From: Catajapyx aquilonaris
Taxonomy: Eukaryota
Direction: 5' to 3'
Assembly (NCBI GenBank): GCA_000934665.2
Contig: KZ537992.1
Span: 1 to 64,000 of the forward strand
Length of the DNA stretch: 64,000 bases
The position numbers were made by a program, and so were the translations under genes. Below are positions 1 to 12,862 of this stretch, piece after piece. Under the pieces are notes generated by a model. The model saw only the letters and a list, made by a program, of their open reading frames with translations, had not been told where the DNA came from and searched no databases. How positions within the stretch are numbered: the first letter of the stretch is position 1; every line of letters starts with the position of its first letter.

Positions 1-802
1 GGTCGTCCGCGTCACTCACTCGATTTGTAAACAGTGGCAACAATGGCAGCGCTCTCCATGGGCTGATGTTTGAATTGGCCCGCCTGTTTGAATTGCCAGG
101 TAACGCCGCCGCCGCAGCCGACGGAAAAAAACATTCAGCGACGGCTATTATGTCCAGCACTGTATGGTGCAATTTTTGTCATTTCTTATAGAGCACTTTT
201 GATGTGGCAAAAATGGATGGAATCTACCTTAGTGGATGATGACTGATTTGGAGAATCACTCATAAAATTATAACCTCAGCCATATTGTAGGACTATCAGG
301 AGTCAAGGCCACTAGTGAGGAGCTCTCAATATTGGTGGTTTACATTCATAATTCTCATGCCATGTTATGCTGTGGAGCTTTAATTAATGTAGGGCAAGGT
401 GCCCAAATTTCGACATTGTTACATTTTGTTTCGTAGGAAAATGCAGCAGCATAGGGAAGGTGGATTTTAACACATTGAACATTTACCTACGAGGCCTCAT
501 AATGAACTATTTTACAATGCCAAGGGAAAAAAAACCATAAAATTAAAACAAGATTGACAAGTCACGTGGGCATGATTCAAGCAGACTTTTTCCGAATTGC
601 CAAGGAAATTCAAATTGGGCAACAATGACATGGACTGTTGTCAGTTTCATTTCCCGTTGCCAGGTAACTCCCAAGGACATCCACCTGTAACTTGACCATG
701 GAGGATTAGATAGAATGAAACCGGAAAGCCAGAAGTGTTCTATCACCGGAAGTTGGCCTATTTGGGGTCCGCTGAATCAGAATCAGAAAACAGTTTGTCG
801 CT

Positions 803-1707
803 ATATCCTCCTGAGACCTGAGAAGCATTTTTTAACGCAATGTCAGTTCCTATTGCATTTTCTGAACATGTTCCCAATAAGAAACGAGAAAAAAATTTTA
901 GTTTTAAAATATCGACAAAAATGGCGACAAACAACCAATGAGAACATTAGGACCCAATTGGTGCTACAAAAGCAGAACGGATAAATGTTGAAAATTGAAA
1001 TACCACTTAATGGATCACTCACATAGTGCTCTATCCTCCAAACAATGTTTTTAAAATTCATTTGTGGAATTAGTGGTAGCAATTCCTCTCAGAAGACAAT
1101 TAAAGATAAATGAAATCATTTTTTAACGTCACCACTCCAGGCATGGGGCTTGCTCCTTCCCTTCTTACCCGCTAAAGTGGTACCTTGCTATTCTAGATTT
1201 TAAAACTGAACTGCATAGTGAAAAGCCCACTTCCTTATGGGTGTATAGGTACAGGCACGTAAAGAAAAGGCACACCCATTCAGCTAAAAATGCCATTTTT
1301 TGGATGTCCATTTAAATGGACATTTTGTCTCAGGAAGAAAAGAAAATGACCAGTTCTCTACAGCGACAAAGATTGTCACAGAATCATCTTTTCGCAGTTC
1401 CTAAGACACATTCCTTGCGAAACCCAGGACATTCACTGCATTGCGAAAATCGCATTCTAAATATGAGTAAAAAAATAAAACTTATCAGATGAGCGCCTAA
1501 GCTTCAGCAGCGGAATCCGCCATTTTGTCCGCGATTTAATTTTCGCGGCCCAAGCCAGATATTCGACGCTAGGTGGCTACAGCTATTGAGGCCAGATTGT
1601 AACCATGGGATACCAGCCTATTACAGTTCTGTTGGCATCACTGGTTGGCGCCAAAAAAATCTTTTGCTGATGTCGACATATGTCGACACCAGGTCTCAGG
1701 AGGATAT
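803..1707. mobile_element. Non-autonomous DNA element with 18-bp terminal inverted repeats
   Basis: atatcctcctgagacctg at 803 and caggtctcaggaggatat ending at 1707; no coding capacity seen. Confidence 0.6.
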
Positions 1708-2612
1708 CTTGCAATTTAGGCCCTGATGCCTGTCCACAGACAGACTGACGGACAGAGCCACTCCATAACTATTTTTTAAATGAGAAAAAGGCTGCTTGTT
1801 TGCCCAGTTTTTTAAAAAAAGGGTTCCCAATTTCAGAAATTGCATTTTAAAGTTAGGAACAATGCAAAAACCCATTTCTAAATACAGTATGTGAATGTTA
1901 AGTCAATGCTTTATTTATAACAATACAATGGAAGTTGCTCTTATCTGCATGATAAACATGAAAAGTTTTTACATATTTGAAACAAATTAAATTTTGCTGT
2001 TGATCTGGTCATTGACAAATACAATCAGTCAAGAGCATTTTTACCATAGGTTCTGCGGATGAACTAACGTTTTCCATGGCTTTCTTCTTAATTTTCCGCA
2101 AAATAGTCTTCAGTGTAATTGCCATGATGAGCATGATGCAACACATTACAGCACATGTGGACACATGGTCACTTTCCCCTGTCCCACGAAATCAGTAGTC
2201 ACTGAAATTATGTTCCTAAAAGTGTGTTCACAAGTCCACAAGAATGGGTTGAAGTTGAATTCAAGTGAAATAATGAGATATTTGAGCCAGAATAAGTCCA
2301 TAAATGAATGGGGTGAGAGATTTTGGCTTCCTCCTTATCCTGCTGACGCCCAGCGTACAGCCCTCTAGCCATTGGGTTTTATAATTTTTGAAACAAATAT
2401 TTTTAGAAAAAAATATTTTTTTAAAAAAATAAAATAAATAAAATAAAAATAACAAAAATATTCTGGGCTTCAGGAGGTTATGATCATTTATGGAAAGTTT
2501 GTGAATATAACATTACTTCCCTTGCTACGGGAGACAGGAGATAGTTGAAGTTCATATTTGACATTTGCAAGGTGTCATACCAGCTATTGGCAATTTGTTT
2601 TCCTCTTTTTAG

Positions 2613-5004
2613 GAACAACATTCCTGCTCTTCTGTCATCAAAAAGGAAATTACTTCGTCATACTACTTTGTGCAGGGGGTGAGTCCACTTTGGGTTGCAA
2701 TATGATTTGATGCAGTGAAACGTTGTAAATAACAATTTAATTCAAATTGCAGATAGAACTGAGGCGCTTCTCGATTGTGGTGGATAAGATTGTATGCTGC
2801 CAAAAATGCTCCAAGCCATTTGTGACAAAGCGGGAATTGAAGGAGCATGAGAGAGAAGAGCATACGGGAGGAAATGAACCAGAAGCGGTGAGAACCAATT
2901 TATGAAGCATGGATTAGGAATTAGACCCATTATGAGTAACCTATTACTATTAGGAATGAGTAACTTGGGGAGCTTACTTTTCAAATATCTTTGGCAGTGA
3001 TTCATACCACAATCATTTCTGCTCTTTTGCACTTGCAGGGCATGTTCTTTTCTTTTTTTTATATGCTATACTTGCTGTATATGCAGGCACTATTAAATGA
3101 AGTTTTGTTTCATGACTTTTTGCATTACTGTTCAAAACTGCCTTAAAAATGAATGACAAAATGTGAAAATAGTGAAAATAGAAATATTGGCACAACAGTG
3201 CAAAAACCTCTGAGGCCCTTAAATTTTCATGGTGCATTGTAGTCTATTGAAATACATGCTGGTAGGCCTTGACATACAACTTCTTATTGTATGACCTGGT
3301 GTTGCTGGATCCTAACCCTGTTGTAAATCCTTTGCTTGCTGGTAATTATTCTTGTCACTTTAATTTTGACCACTGTTAATTTCGTTCAAAATATTCTTGT
3401 GTTCCTGTGGAATAACCCTGGATTGAAAAAGTAGAGTATGCTTTGACCTGATGTGATTTCATATCTTATTTCAGGATCATGCATCACCAAGCAAGCTGGT
3501 CAAGAAGGAAGAGCAACATTTACAAGCTTGCGCTGACCGTGGGAAAACGCTTAACCAGGTGAAGCATTTAAGGCTTCACGGGAAAGAGGACACCAAGGAG
3601 GATTCTCAGAAGTGTGAAAACTGTGGGAGAGTATTTACATTCAAGAACAATCTCATCAGACATGTTCGGGCACAGACATGTCAAAAGTCATTCAACTGTA
3701 AAAAGTGCAACAAATCATTTGGTTCTCGCAAAGACTTTTCTAACCATATGGCTGTTCACTCTGATCGCAAGACCTTCAAGTGTGACTTGTGCAATAGGTC
3801 ATTCAAGCATCGTCACACTTTGAAACAACACCAGAAGGACCACACAGGGGAAGGTTTGCAAGAAGCTCTCAAAAAATTACTCGGAGATGCAGTAGGTGAT
3901 ACTGTTGGTGATGGTGAAAATTCTCTCCATTTTGACAGTGGTACAGAGGCATCTCTCTGCTGTCCATTATGCGGGAACAATCTGCAAACCATGAATGGCT
4001 TAATCGATCATGTACGGTATTACCATGTCCATAACAAGCCACACTCTTGTGGATTATGCTCTGAGAAGTTTAATTCTAAGTATCATTTGAGTGTGCACAA
4101 GAAGCGAGCCCATGACATTGGGGAAAAGTACCCCTGCAAATATTGTGGCAAAGTTTGGCTGGAAAAATGTCTTCTCACTAGACATGAGCGCAGTCATACT
4201 GGTGAGAAACCGTTCAAGTGTAGCCTGTGCTCAAAGAGCTTTAATACAAGTAACTCATTGAAGCGTCACAAGCTAATAGTGCATTCTGATGAGACCCCTT
4301 TCATTTGTGATCAATGTGGGAAGGGATTCAAACTGAGGGAATGGCTGAATAAGCACATGAAAGGACATAAAAAAGCACATGAAAGGGTCATGCATCAAGA
4401 AGACAGACAGCAGCATGCTTGCAAACATGAAAGTGGCATATATCACAACAATAGACAGCAGCATGCTTGCAAACACTGCCCTAAAGTCTTATCTAGTAAA
4501 TGCAATTTGCAGGATCACATGAGAAGGTATCATGGGGCAGACATGTCTAAGATCAGTTGTCCTGAATGTTCACATAAATGTACAAGCAGACAGAACCTAT
4601 CTCGTCACAGGCAAAAGTTTCATGGCTACAAAACAAGTGGATATGAGGAACATAAATGCCCCACTTGCAATCAGGTACTAACTTCTAAGAAGAAGTTAGA
4701 AATTCATATGAGACGTCACACTGGAGACAGACCATTCAGTTGCATCGAATGTGGCAAAGCTTTCACTGCCTTTGCGTATCTTACTAGCCACATGCAAGTG
4801 CATACTACTCAACACTGTTGCCCATATTGTTCATTTAAAAGTGCTAATAGATCGGTTCTGCAACGCCATGCACAAAGGCTACACTCGGATGCAGAGCAAT
4901 TTTACTGTAATTCATGTTGTAAGCTTCTCAAGACGCGTAATGGTCTTGTACGTCATTTGCAGAAATGCCAGGTTGAAAATGATGAAAAAAACGTTGTTCC
5001 ATGA
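2613..5004 (+). CDS. Poly-C2H2 zinc-finger gene copy 1 (5'-partial; exons 1-2 not found in the window)
   Basis: Exons 2613-2678 (EQHSCSSVIKKE...VQG), 2753-2887 (IELRRF...CQKC...HEREEH) and 3475-5004 (about 14 C2H2/C2HC fingers with TGEKP linkers). All introns are GT-AG and phase 0, matching the paralogs. AATAAA at about 5212. Confidence 0.88.
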
Positions 5005-5317
5005 ATGGTTGGATGTGTTGTCACTTCAAGATTGTGCCTCTCGATAGTTTCGGTCATGTTATAAGGCTTCCAGAAAACAATTACAATATCACCTGTTGAT
5101 CGTTAAGATACTGAGTTGAATGAGGCAATGCGGCTGAGCTCCAGAACAAAGATAATGACTTAAAATTGCATGTAATTGGCCCAGTGAGTAAACCACCTGT
5201 ACACTAGGAAGAATAAAGACTTTTCCACATTGATATCTGAAAAGGGTACTTTTGCACAAAATAATGTACATACAGTACCTAGAATCGATTTTTTAAAGTT
5301 ATATCGGCGCCTCGAAA

Positions 5318-5325
5318 TATCGATA
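5318..5325. promoter_or_regulatory. DRE (TATCGATA) with flanking half-sites in the copy 2 promoter
   Basis: Exact TATCGATA plus neighbouring atcgat/cgata motifs, about 65 bp upstream of the ATG at 5391. Confidence 0.5.
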
Positions 5326-5390
5326 CACCGATACGATATCGAACATGGCCGAATGAGAAGCGACTGGAGAAGAGAACGCTCCTGACCACG

Positions 5391-8300
5391 ATGGACCCTA
5401 CTTGTAGCCTGCACGAGTGTCGCTGCTGCCTCCAGACATTCCCCACGCACCTGGAGCTCCTGGTGCACAGCTTCACGCACAGCAGGTGGGACCTGGTCAG
5501 GAGGAATGCAGAAGAGAAGGAGGATGGACCAGGAGATGGTGGCCAGGTGAAGGAGGAAGAAGAAGAAGGTCTGGAGGATGAAGGAGGGGGACTGGAGATG
5601 GACATCAAAGTGGAGGTTGGCCCCCACTTGGCATGGGTTGTTTGGGGTGGTGGGATTGGGGGGCATTGGAAATGGTGGCCATGGACACCCTTCTAATCAT
5701 TCGAATTGTTGTCTTCTTCAGGAGGAAGGACCAGCTCTGTGGCCGTGCCATGGGCCATACCACGTCAGAGGAGAGGGAGGAGGTGATGGACTAGTTGAGA
5801 GGGAATGCCTTGAAACGACAGTCGATTCACCACTGCGGAGTGTCGAGGCAGAGGACAAGGATGAAGCACCTGCAGTGAGTAAATTGGGATTGAGCAAGAG
5901 GCAGGCCACGCGATAACTTACAAATGACATCATCGTTTCGCTGACCAATTCCTAGTCAACGGAAATATCCCGAACGCACATTTCCATGGAAATGACCTCA
6001 TCCAACAGTTGACGTGTAAAAATTGCCAAACAAATTCCTGAATTGTTGCATGAGGGCATCTCCGTGGAAATGTGAACAGTGGGATGTTCCAGGGGTGCGG
6101 TAAGGGGTGTTTACCCATGGAAACTTGGATCATACGATCTGATCACAGACCGATTTCTGACAACTTGAAATACATGCGAAAGATAGGAAGTTGGAGACCG
6201 ATCTGAAAACCATCAATTGCCTCCAACATGGCTGACAGACTTCAGCTAGGTTGGTTGGAAACCAAAAAGTTTAGACCTCTTGACCTTTCTTGTACGGCCA
6301 ACTTGGGTGACTCAAGGGATGCCATCTTGAAAGTTGGACTGGTTGCACGGTTGGTCGCCAGGTTGATCATACGATGTGATCTGATCATATATATGATCGT
6401 TTGGTTGCTGGTCGGTCATACGATCGGATAGTTTGATAAAGTTTCCACATGTAATAATAATAATAAGTAATTCATACCCCATTATCAGCCTATCGGCTCT
6501 TTAGGGGGGAAGTTTGTTTTGCCTGGAACTCTTTGCTTTCATTTTACTGCGCTTTTTGGGATGGGAGAGGGACGGAAGGAAGCGGCTGGGGGCTATTAAT
6601 TACAGAAGCAACTCCGGAATTTTCCTGGAAGGACCGTGGGAAACCACAGAAAACCACGGTCAGAGTTGCCGGCCCTGGGATTTGATCCCAGGACCTCCCG
6701 ATTAGCAGTCGGACACCATATCCCCTACTGCAAACTGCTTCGGTTAAAGTTTCCACATGTAAACACCCCTTCAGGCAGATTTACCTGGACTAAGAGTTTG
6801 TAAACAAAACAATGACATCATATGGAAGTTATCATGATTGTTATGTATGAATGAGCACATGAAAATGGCAAAAAAAAAAAAAGAGTGGGCTGTATCTGGA
6901 AGGGTGATGAAGGAGTTGCAGAATCACTTCATAAGTATAATATTTATACCTGAACCATATTATATGACTGATAGCATCATTTTTCAGGAGCAAAATCTCA
7001 ACTGCCCTGCCATCAAAAATGAAGTTCCTTCGGCATATTACAATGTCCAAGGGGTGAGTCCACTTTTGGTTGCAGTGTGATTTGATGCAGTGAAATGTTG
7101 TCATGATATTATTCAGCATACTTAATTTAACACTGTAAATTTAAATTGCAGATAGAACTGAGGCACTTTTCAATTGCGGTGCATCCCATTGTCTTCTGCC
7201 CAAAATGCTCCAAGCCATTTGTGACTAAGCGGGAATTGAAGGAGCATGAGAACGAAGAGCATTTGGGAAGGAATGAACTAGAAGAGGTGAGAATAAAATC
7301 TCAGCCAGTACTGTATAGTGAGCTAAGTCAGAGGGACTGTAAATGTTCTGTGCTCATGGGAGTGATGGCTTCGAACATGCCACATGAGCAAGACCTGTTG
7401 TGGCCCGAATAAGGGTGTGCAGCAGCCAGTATTTCGTGAAATTAAGTAAATGTATTAAATCCGACAGACGGTTGCTGGACCTGATACGTCAAAGTTCTTG
7501 AAGTTATAAAAAGGGAGCACTGTGTGCATTTAAAAAATTTGTGATATAATTGCTGGGAAGGGAGAACAAACATGGTTGCCAAAGCAAGGGCACAGCACAA
7601 TATGACAAAAACACTGGCGACAACTCCAAAGAAATAACATCGGTGCTTAACTCGGATACAGATATTTTCTTTCCAAGAAGGCATGATTGATTGGGTCGGA
7701 GAATTGCATAACTTGTTAATACAGTTGAATCCTGTTGTAACGGACTCGAAATGCCAGTCCCAGCATTCCATAAGACCCTGTGTATTTGTAGTCCTGATAT
7801 AACAGACTCATTTTCACCTCACATTGGCTGTAACTGACCATTTCTTTGTGCCTCAGTGGAAAAATATGCTGCTTTTAATTACTCAGCTTCCTATCCCATG
7901 GGCAGGAAGGCAGAGAATACTGGAACAGGGGTTGATTTTTGCATCTGTCACTGATCTAAGCTTCCTGCTCACGATGTGATGCATTCGCTTGATAAAATTT
8001 TGCACTTTACTAATTCAAAGGCCTTCAGCAAAATTGTTCCCATTGTACAAAATTCTGTTCAGCAATTAAGAACTACAATTGTGTGACATTATCTTGTAGT
8101 GAGAAAATATTGTTATCGGAGTGTCTTTCCCAATTGCATTTTGTGGAAATATCACAAAACAATATTGTCTCTCTGTGGGACAAGCGTTATATCCATGGTT
8201 TTAAAAGTATAATCTGCCATTCACTATCAAAGTATTCCTACTCACAATATGCTGATATGATTTTTATCTTTTTGCAGGATTGTGCAAGGCAAAGCCAGAA

Positions 8301-10083
8301 GATCAAGGCGAAAGGGCAACAGTTACAAGCTCGTGCTGTGAGTGAGAAAACCTTTACCAAGCTGAAGCACTTAAAGCGTCACGGAAAGGAGCACACCAAG
8401 GAGGAATCTCTCAAGTGTGCACACTGTGGGAGAGTATTCAGAAACAAGAGCAATCTCAATAAGCATGTTCGTTCACAGACATGTCAAACGTCATTAACTT
8501 GTGACCAGTGCAACACATCATTTACAAACAGGGGCCATCTCACTAGGCATGTTCGTGCACAGGCATGTCGAAAGTCATTCACTTGTGATCAGTGCAACAA
8601 ATCATTTGGTGATCAGTGGCGCCTATCTGCACATATGATAGTTCACTCTGCTGACAGGCCCTTCAAGTGTGACATGTGCACTAAGTCCTTCAAGTGTCCA
8701 AACATTTTGAAACGGCATCACAAGGTCCACACAGGGGAAGGTTTGAAAGACGCTCTCAAAAAATTACTTGGGGATGGAGTAGTTGATACTGTTGGTGAAG
8801 GTGAAAATTCTCTCCATTTTAACAGTGGTACAGCGGCATCACTCTGCTGTCCATACTGTGCAAAAAGTATGAAAACAAAGGAGAGCTTCATTAATCATGC
8901 AAGGTTATACCATGTCCATGACAAGGTATACACTTGCGAACAATGTCCTGAGGTATTTTATTCTACATATCGCTTGAGAGTGCACAAGAAGAGAGACCAT
9001 AATATTGGGGAAAAGTACATCTGCAAATATTGTGGTAAAGATTGCCTTAAAAAATCCAAACTTGCTATACATGAACGTAGTCACACAGGTGAGAAGCCAT
9101 TCAAGTGTAGCCAGTGTTCAAAGAGCTACATTTCGAAAATAAATCTGCAGTATCACGAGATCTCCATACATTCTGATGAGACTCCTTTCATATGTGATAA
9201 ATGTGGAAAGGGGTTCAAACGGAGGGGTATTCTGAAAGATCACATGAAAACACATGAAAGGGGCATACATCGAAGGGAGCAGCATCCTTGCCGTCACTGC
9301 CCTAAAGTCTTGGCTAGTAAATCCACTTTCAAGGATCACATGAGAAGATTTCATGGGGCAGACATGTCCAAGCTCAGTTGCCCCGATTGCTTATGTAAAT
9401 TTCCCAGCCGAATTGATCTATCTCGTCACAGACAAAAGTATCATGGTCACACAACAAGGAGACAGGAAGAACATGAATGCCCCACTTGCAATGAAGTGCT
9501 ATTTTCTAAGAGCAAGTTTGAAATTCATATGAGACGTCACACAGGAGAGAGACCATTCCTGTGCACTGTATGTGGTAAAGGTTTAATTTCCCAGAGTCAT
9601 CTTACTAGACACATGCAGACACATACTTCACAACACAGTTGCCCAGATTGTTCATATAAAACTGGGGACAAATGGAATCTAACATGCCATATACGAAGGA
9701 TACATGGTTACAAGAATGAGGGATACAAATGTTCCATTTGCCATTGTGTACTACTGTCTAAGAGAAAGTTTCAAGTTCATATGTTACGACATCGCACAGG
9801 AGAAAGACCGTACAGGTGCGCTGAATGTGGTGAAGATTTTATTTCTCCTCATCATTTGCATGAACACATGTTGACACATGCACAGGGGAACTTCAGCAAA
9901 TGCAGTATCTGCTCCAAGAGTTTTAGTTCTCCTGCAAATTTGAAAAATCATAAATGTGAACACTCCGGGGCTGAGCAATTTGAATGTAATTGGTGTGGTA
10001 AGGTATTGAAGTCACGTGGGGTTCTGGTAGGTCATTTGCAGGTATGCCAGGTTGAAAATGAAGGGAAAAAACTTGTTACTTGA
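5391..10083 (+). CDS. Poly-C2H2 zinc-finger gene copy 2 (about 794 aa)
   Basis: Exons 5391-5615, 5722-5874, 6988-7053, 7152-7286 and 8278-10083. The frame stays open across all junctions; about 18 fingers in the last exon. Confidence 0.88.
6102..6771. mobile_element. MITE with about 25-bp imperfect TIRs in intron 2 of copy 2
   Basis: aaggggtgtttacccatggaaactt ... aagtttccacatgtaaacacccctt; carries a nested SINE. Confidence 0.65.
6455..6744 (-). mobile_element. tRNA-derived SINE
   Basis: Homologous to 16313-16541. (TTA)n tail and an 18-bp target-site duplication taaagtttccacatgtaa at 6437-6454 and 6745-6762. Confidence 0.85.
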
Positions 10084-10249
10084 ATGGCTGGATGTGTTAT
10101 TGTGACTATGATTGTGCTTGCATAGTCAAAAGGTGAACCTCTTATTACGCCAATCATCAAGCTTGAGATTGCATAAAGACCATCTGTATAGTGAAGGGAT
10201 GAACATCATATTCACTACCCAAGTCCACCTGCAACACTGGGCATGATTA

Positions 10250-10376
10250 CCGCGTTTACATGGTGAGCGATTTGATCAGGGATGTGCAGCGATGAGCAAT
10301 GAAATTGTTCGGGAGAGACATGTGATTGTTACCGCTAGTTCATCACTCGGAGAATAGCTCACATGTAAATGCGGAC
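10250..10376. mobile_element. Small old MITE in the 3' flanks of copies 2, 5, 7 and 8, with another copy at about 61930-62052
   Basis: TIR ccgcgtttacatg / catgtaaatgcgg; degenerate equivalents at about 25310, 35140 and 42100. Confidence 0.6.
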
Positions 10377-11509
10377 TATAATTGTGATGGTTTGTGGCTG
10401 TGAGAACATTGAAATCAGGGGTTTGTACTACTTTAAAAAAAAAAAAAAAATGCAAATAAATATTTGTACGATGTGTATTTTATTTGCATTATTCCCATTG
10501 CTTCATTCTGAAAGGCCTGCTGAATCTTCCGGATTGTTTCAGAGTTTATCCAGGTCAGATTTGCATCCTAAGAATAATTATTGTGATTTTAACACCTGTA
10601 TTTTAATTTAAAAAAAAATATCCAAAATAATTATTTTCCATTCATGTTGGCGGTCAGGACCACTCTCGCCATCTGTTGGCAGGAAAAGGAACTTGAGGCG
10701 ATGCATATTCGGACGCATATTTCGGAGCTTCGGACGCGACCAGTGAACACATTGCGTGACGTCACGAATCGAACATGGCCGACGACTGAAGCCTTCTTCT
10801 TCTTTTGTCAGACTGTTCTTTTCTTGGTTAGAGATTTCGATCGGATCCTACCCCTTTTGGGGGATCTGGTGAGGCCAGGGCTGGAAGAGGAACAACAGGT
10901 CATGTCCACTCGGGAGGAGGAGGAGGGTCCGACCTCCAGCTGCCCCCTGCACGAGTGTCGCTGCTGCCTCCTGACATTCCCCACGCACCTGGAGCTCCTG
11001 GTGCACAGCTTCACGCACAGCAGGTGGGACCTGGTCAGGAGGAATGCAGAAGAGAAGGAGAAAGAGAAGGACGAGCCTGGCCATGGACCAGGAGAGGTCG
11101 ACGGGGGAACTGTAGTACAAGTGAAGGAGGAAGAAGAAGGTCTGGAGGATGGGGGACTGGAGATGGACATCAAAGTGGAGGTTGGCCCCCACTTGGCATG
11201 GGTTGTTTGGGGAGGGGGATTGGGGGCATTGGAAACGGTGGCCATGGACACCCTTCTGATCATTCGAATTGTTGTCTTCTTCAGGAGGAAGGACCACCTC
11301 TGTGGCCAATATGCCACGTCAAGGGAGAAGGAGGAGGTCGGGATGGACCACAGGACAGGAGAGGCCTTGAAACACCTGTTGATTCACCATTGCAGAGGGT
11401 CAAGTTGGAGGCAGAGGACAAGGTCATGGACGAACCACCTAGAGTAAGTAAATTGGGGGTTGAGCAAGAAGTAGGTGGAATGAAATATTGCACCGGATGG
11501 TCAAAGGAA

Positions 11510-11901
11510 GTTGTTTACATTTAGGGACTCCAATTATGTAGGGCACTCTACCTTCCATTTTTTCCAGACATGAAAGTGCTCAAGAACTCACAAAAATTGC
11601 ACCATATGGTCAAAGGACGTCCAAGAATGCACCTCTGGACCCTCCCACTTTTCCAGTTTACATGGAGATGCCCTCACACAACTATAGGAGTAAACAGTGT
11701 TATTTTGTTGACACTGTTTACTCCTATTGTTGTTTGAGGGCACCTCCATGGACACTGGAAAAGTGGGAGGGTCCACAGGTGCATTCTTGGATGTCCTTTG
11801 ACCATATGGTGCAATTTTTGTGAGTTCTTGAGCACTTTCATGTCTGGAAAAAATGGAAGGTAGAGTGCCCTACATAATTGGAGTCCCTAAATGTAAACAA
11901 C
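11510..11901. repeat. Near-perfect 392-bp palindrome (foldback) in intron 2 of copy 3
   Basis: Arms of about 190 bp (gttgtttacatttagggactcc ... ggagtccctaaatgtaaacaac) with a loop of under 10 nt near 11705. Confidence 0.92.
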
Positions 11902-12008
11902 AGCATTGGCAGTACCTGGCAACCGTTCCGTTGAGGGAATGTTCTGACATCATCACATGGAGGTCGCTTAGTGTTCTTTCTATTGTTGCCACTATTTACA
12001 GAGAGTAA

Positions 12009-12139
12009 AGGCCATTTCACAAAAAAAATGTCGCGCGGCAAACGGCGCGACTTGCGGCAAATTTTATTGTTGCCAACAATTGGCAACAATAAATGTAAAT
12101 AAAAATTTGCCGCGCGACATTTTTTTTGTGAAATGGCCT
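12009..12139. mobile_element. PIF/Harbinger (Tourist-like) MITE
   Basis: TIR aggccatttcacaaaaaaaatgtcgcgcggcaaa with TAA on both flanks. Confidence 0.8.
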
Positions 12140-12862
12140 TAAGTCACCCAGTTGACCCAGCGAGGGGTCTCTGCCTGCCTACACAGTAGAAGGGATGCAC
12201 AGAAAAACATGGGAAAATAATGATGTAAGAAGCAGGAAAATGTTCCCTGCTGGACTCAAAGAAAAATTTGGTCTTGAGGAGTTACGAGGTTTTGATCGCC
12301 GGCCGACGATTTGCAAGGTGTCCACCAGCTATTGACAATTTTGTTTTCCTCTTTTTAGGAACAACATTGCTGCTCTTCTGTCATCAAAAAGGAAATTACT
12401 TCGTCATACTACTTTGTGCAGGGGGTGAGTCCACTTTTGGGTTGCAAAGTGATTTGATGCAGTGAAATGTTGTCAAGCTATTACTCAGTAAGTAACAATT
12501 AAATTTAAATTGCAGATACAACTGAGGCGCTTCTCGATTGTGGTGGATAAGATTGTATTCTGCCCAAAATGCTCCAAGCCATTTGTGACAAAGCGGGAAT
12601 TGAAGGAGCATGAGAGAGAAACGCATTTGGGAGGAAATGAACCAGAGGCGGTGAGAACCAATTTATCAAGCATGGATTAGGAATTAGACCCATTATGAGT
12701 AACCTATTACTATTAGGAATGAGTAACTTAGGGAGCTTACTTTTCAAATATCTTTGGTAATGATTCATTCATACCACAATAATTTCTGCTCTTTTGCACT
12801 AGCAGGGTATGTTCTTTTCTTTTTTATGCTATACTTACTATGTATATGCAGGCCCTATTATA

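Noticed and set aside
8083..8277. N-terminal extension of the 666-aa ORF (and similar GTG/TTG starts in the ORF track)
   Set aside because: It lies upstream of the conserved acceptor at 8277 and is intronic in the paralogs.
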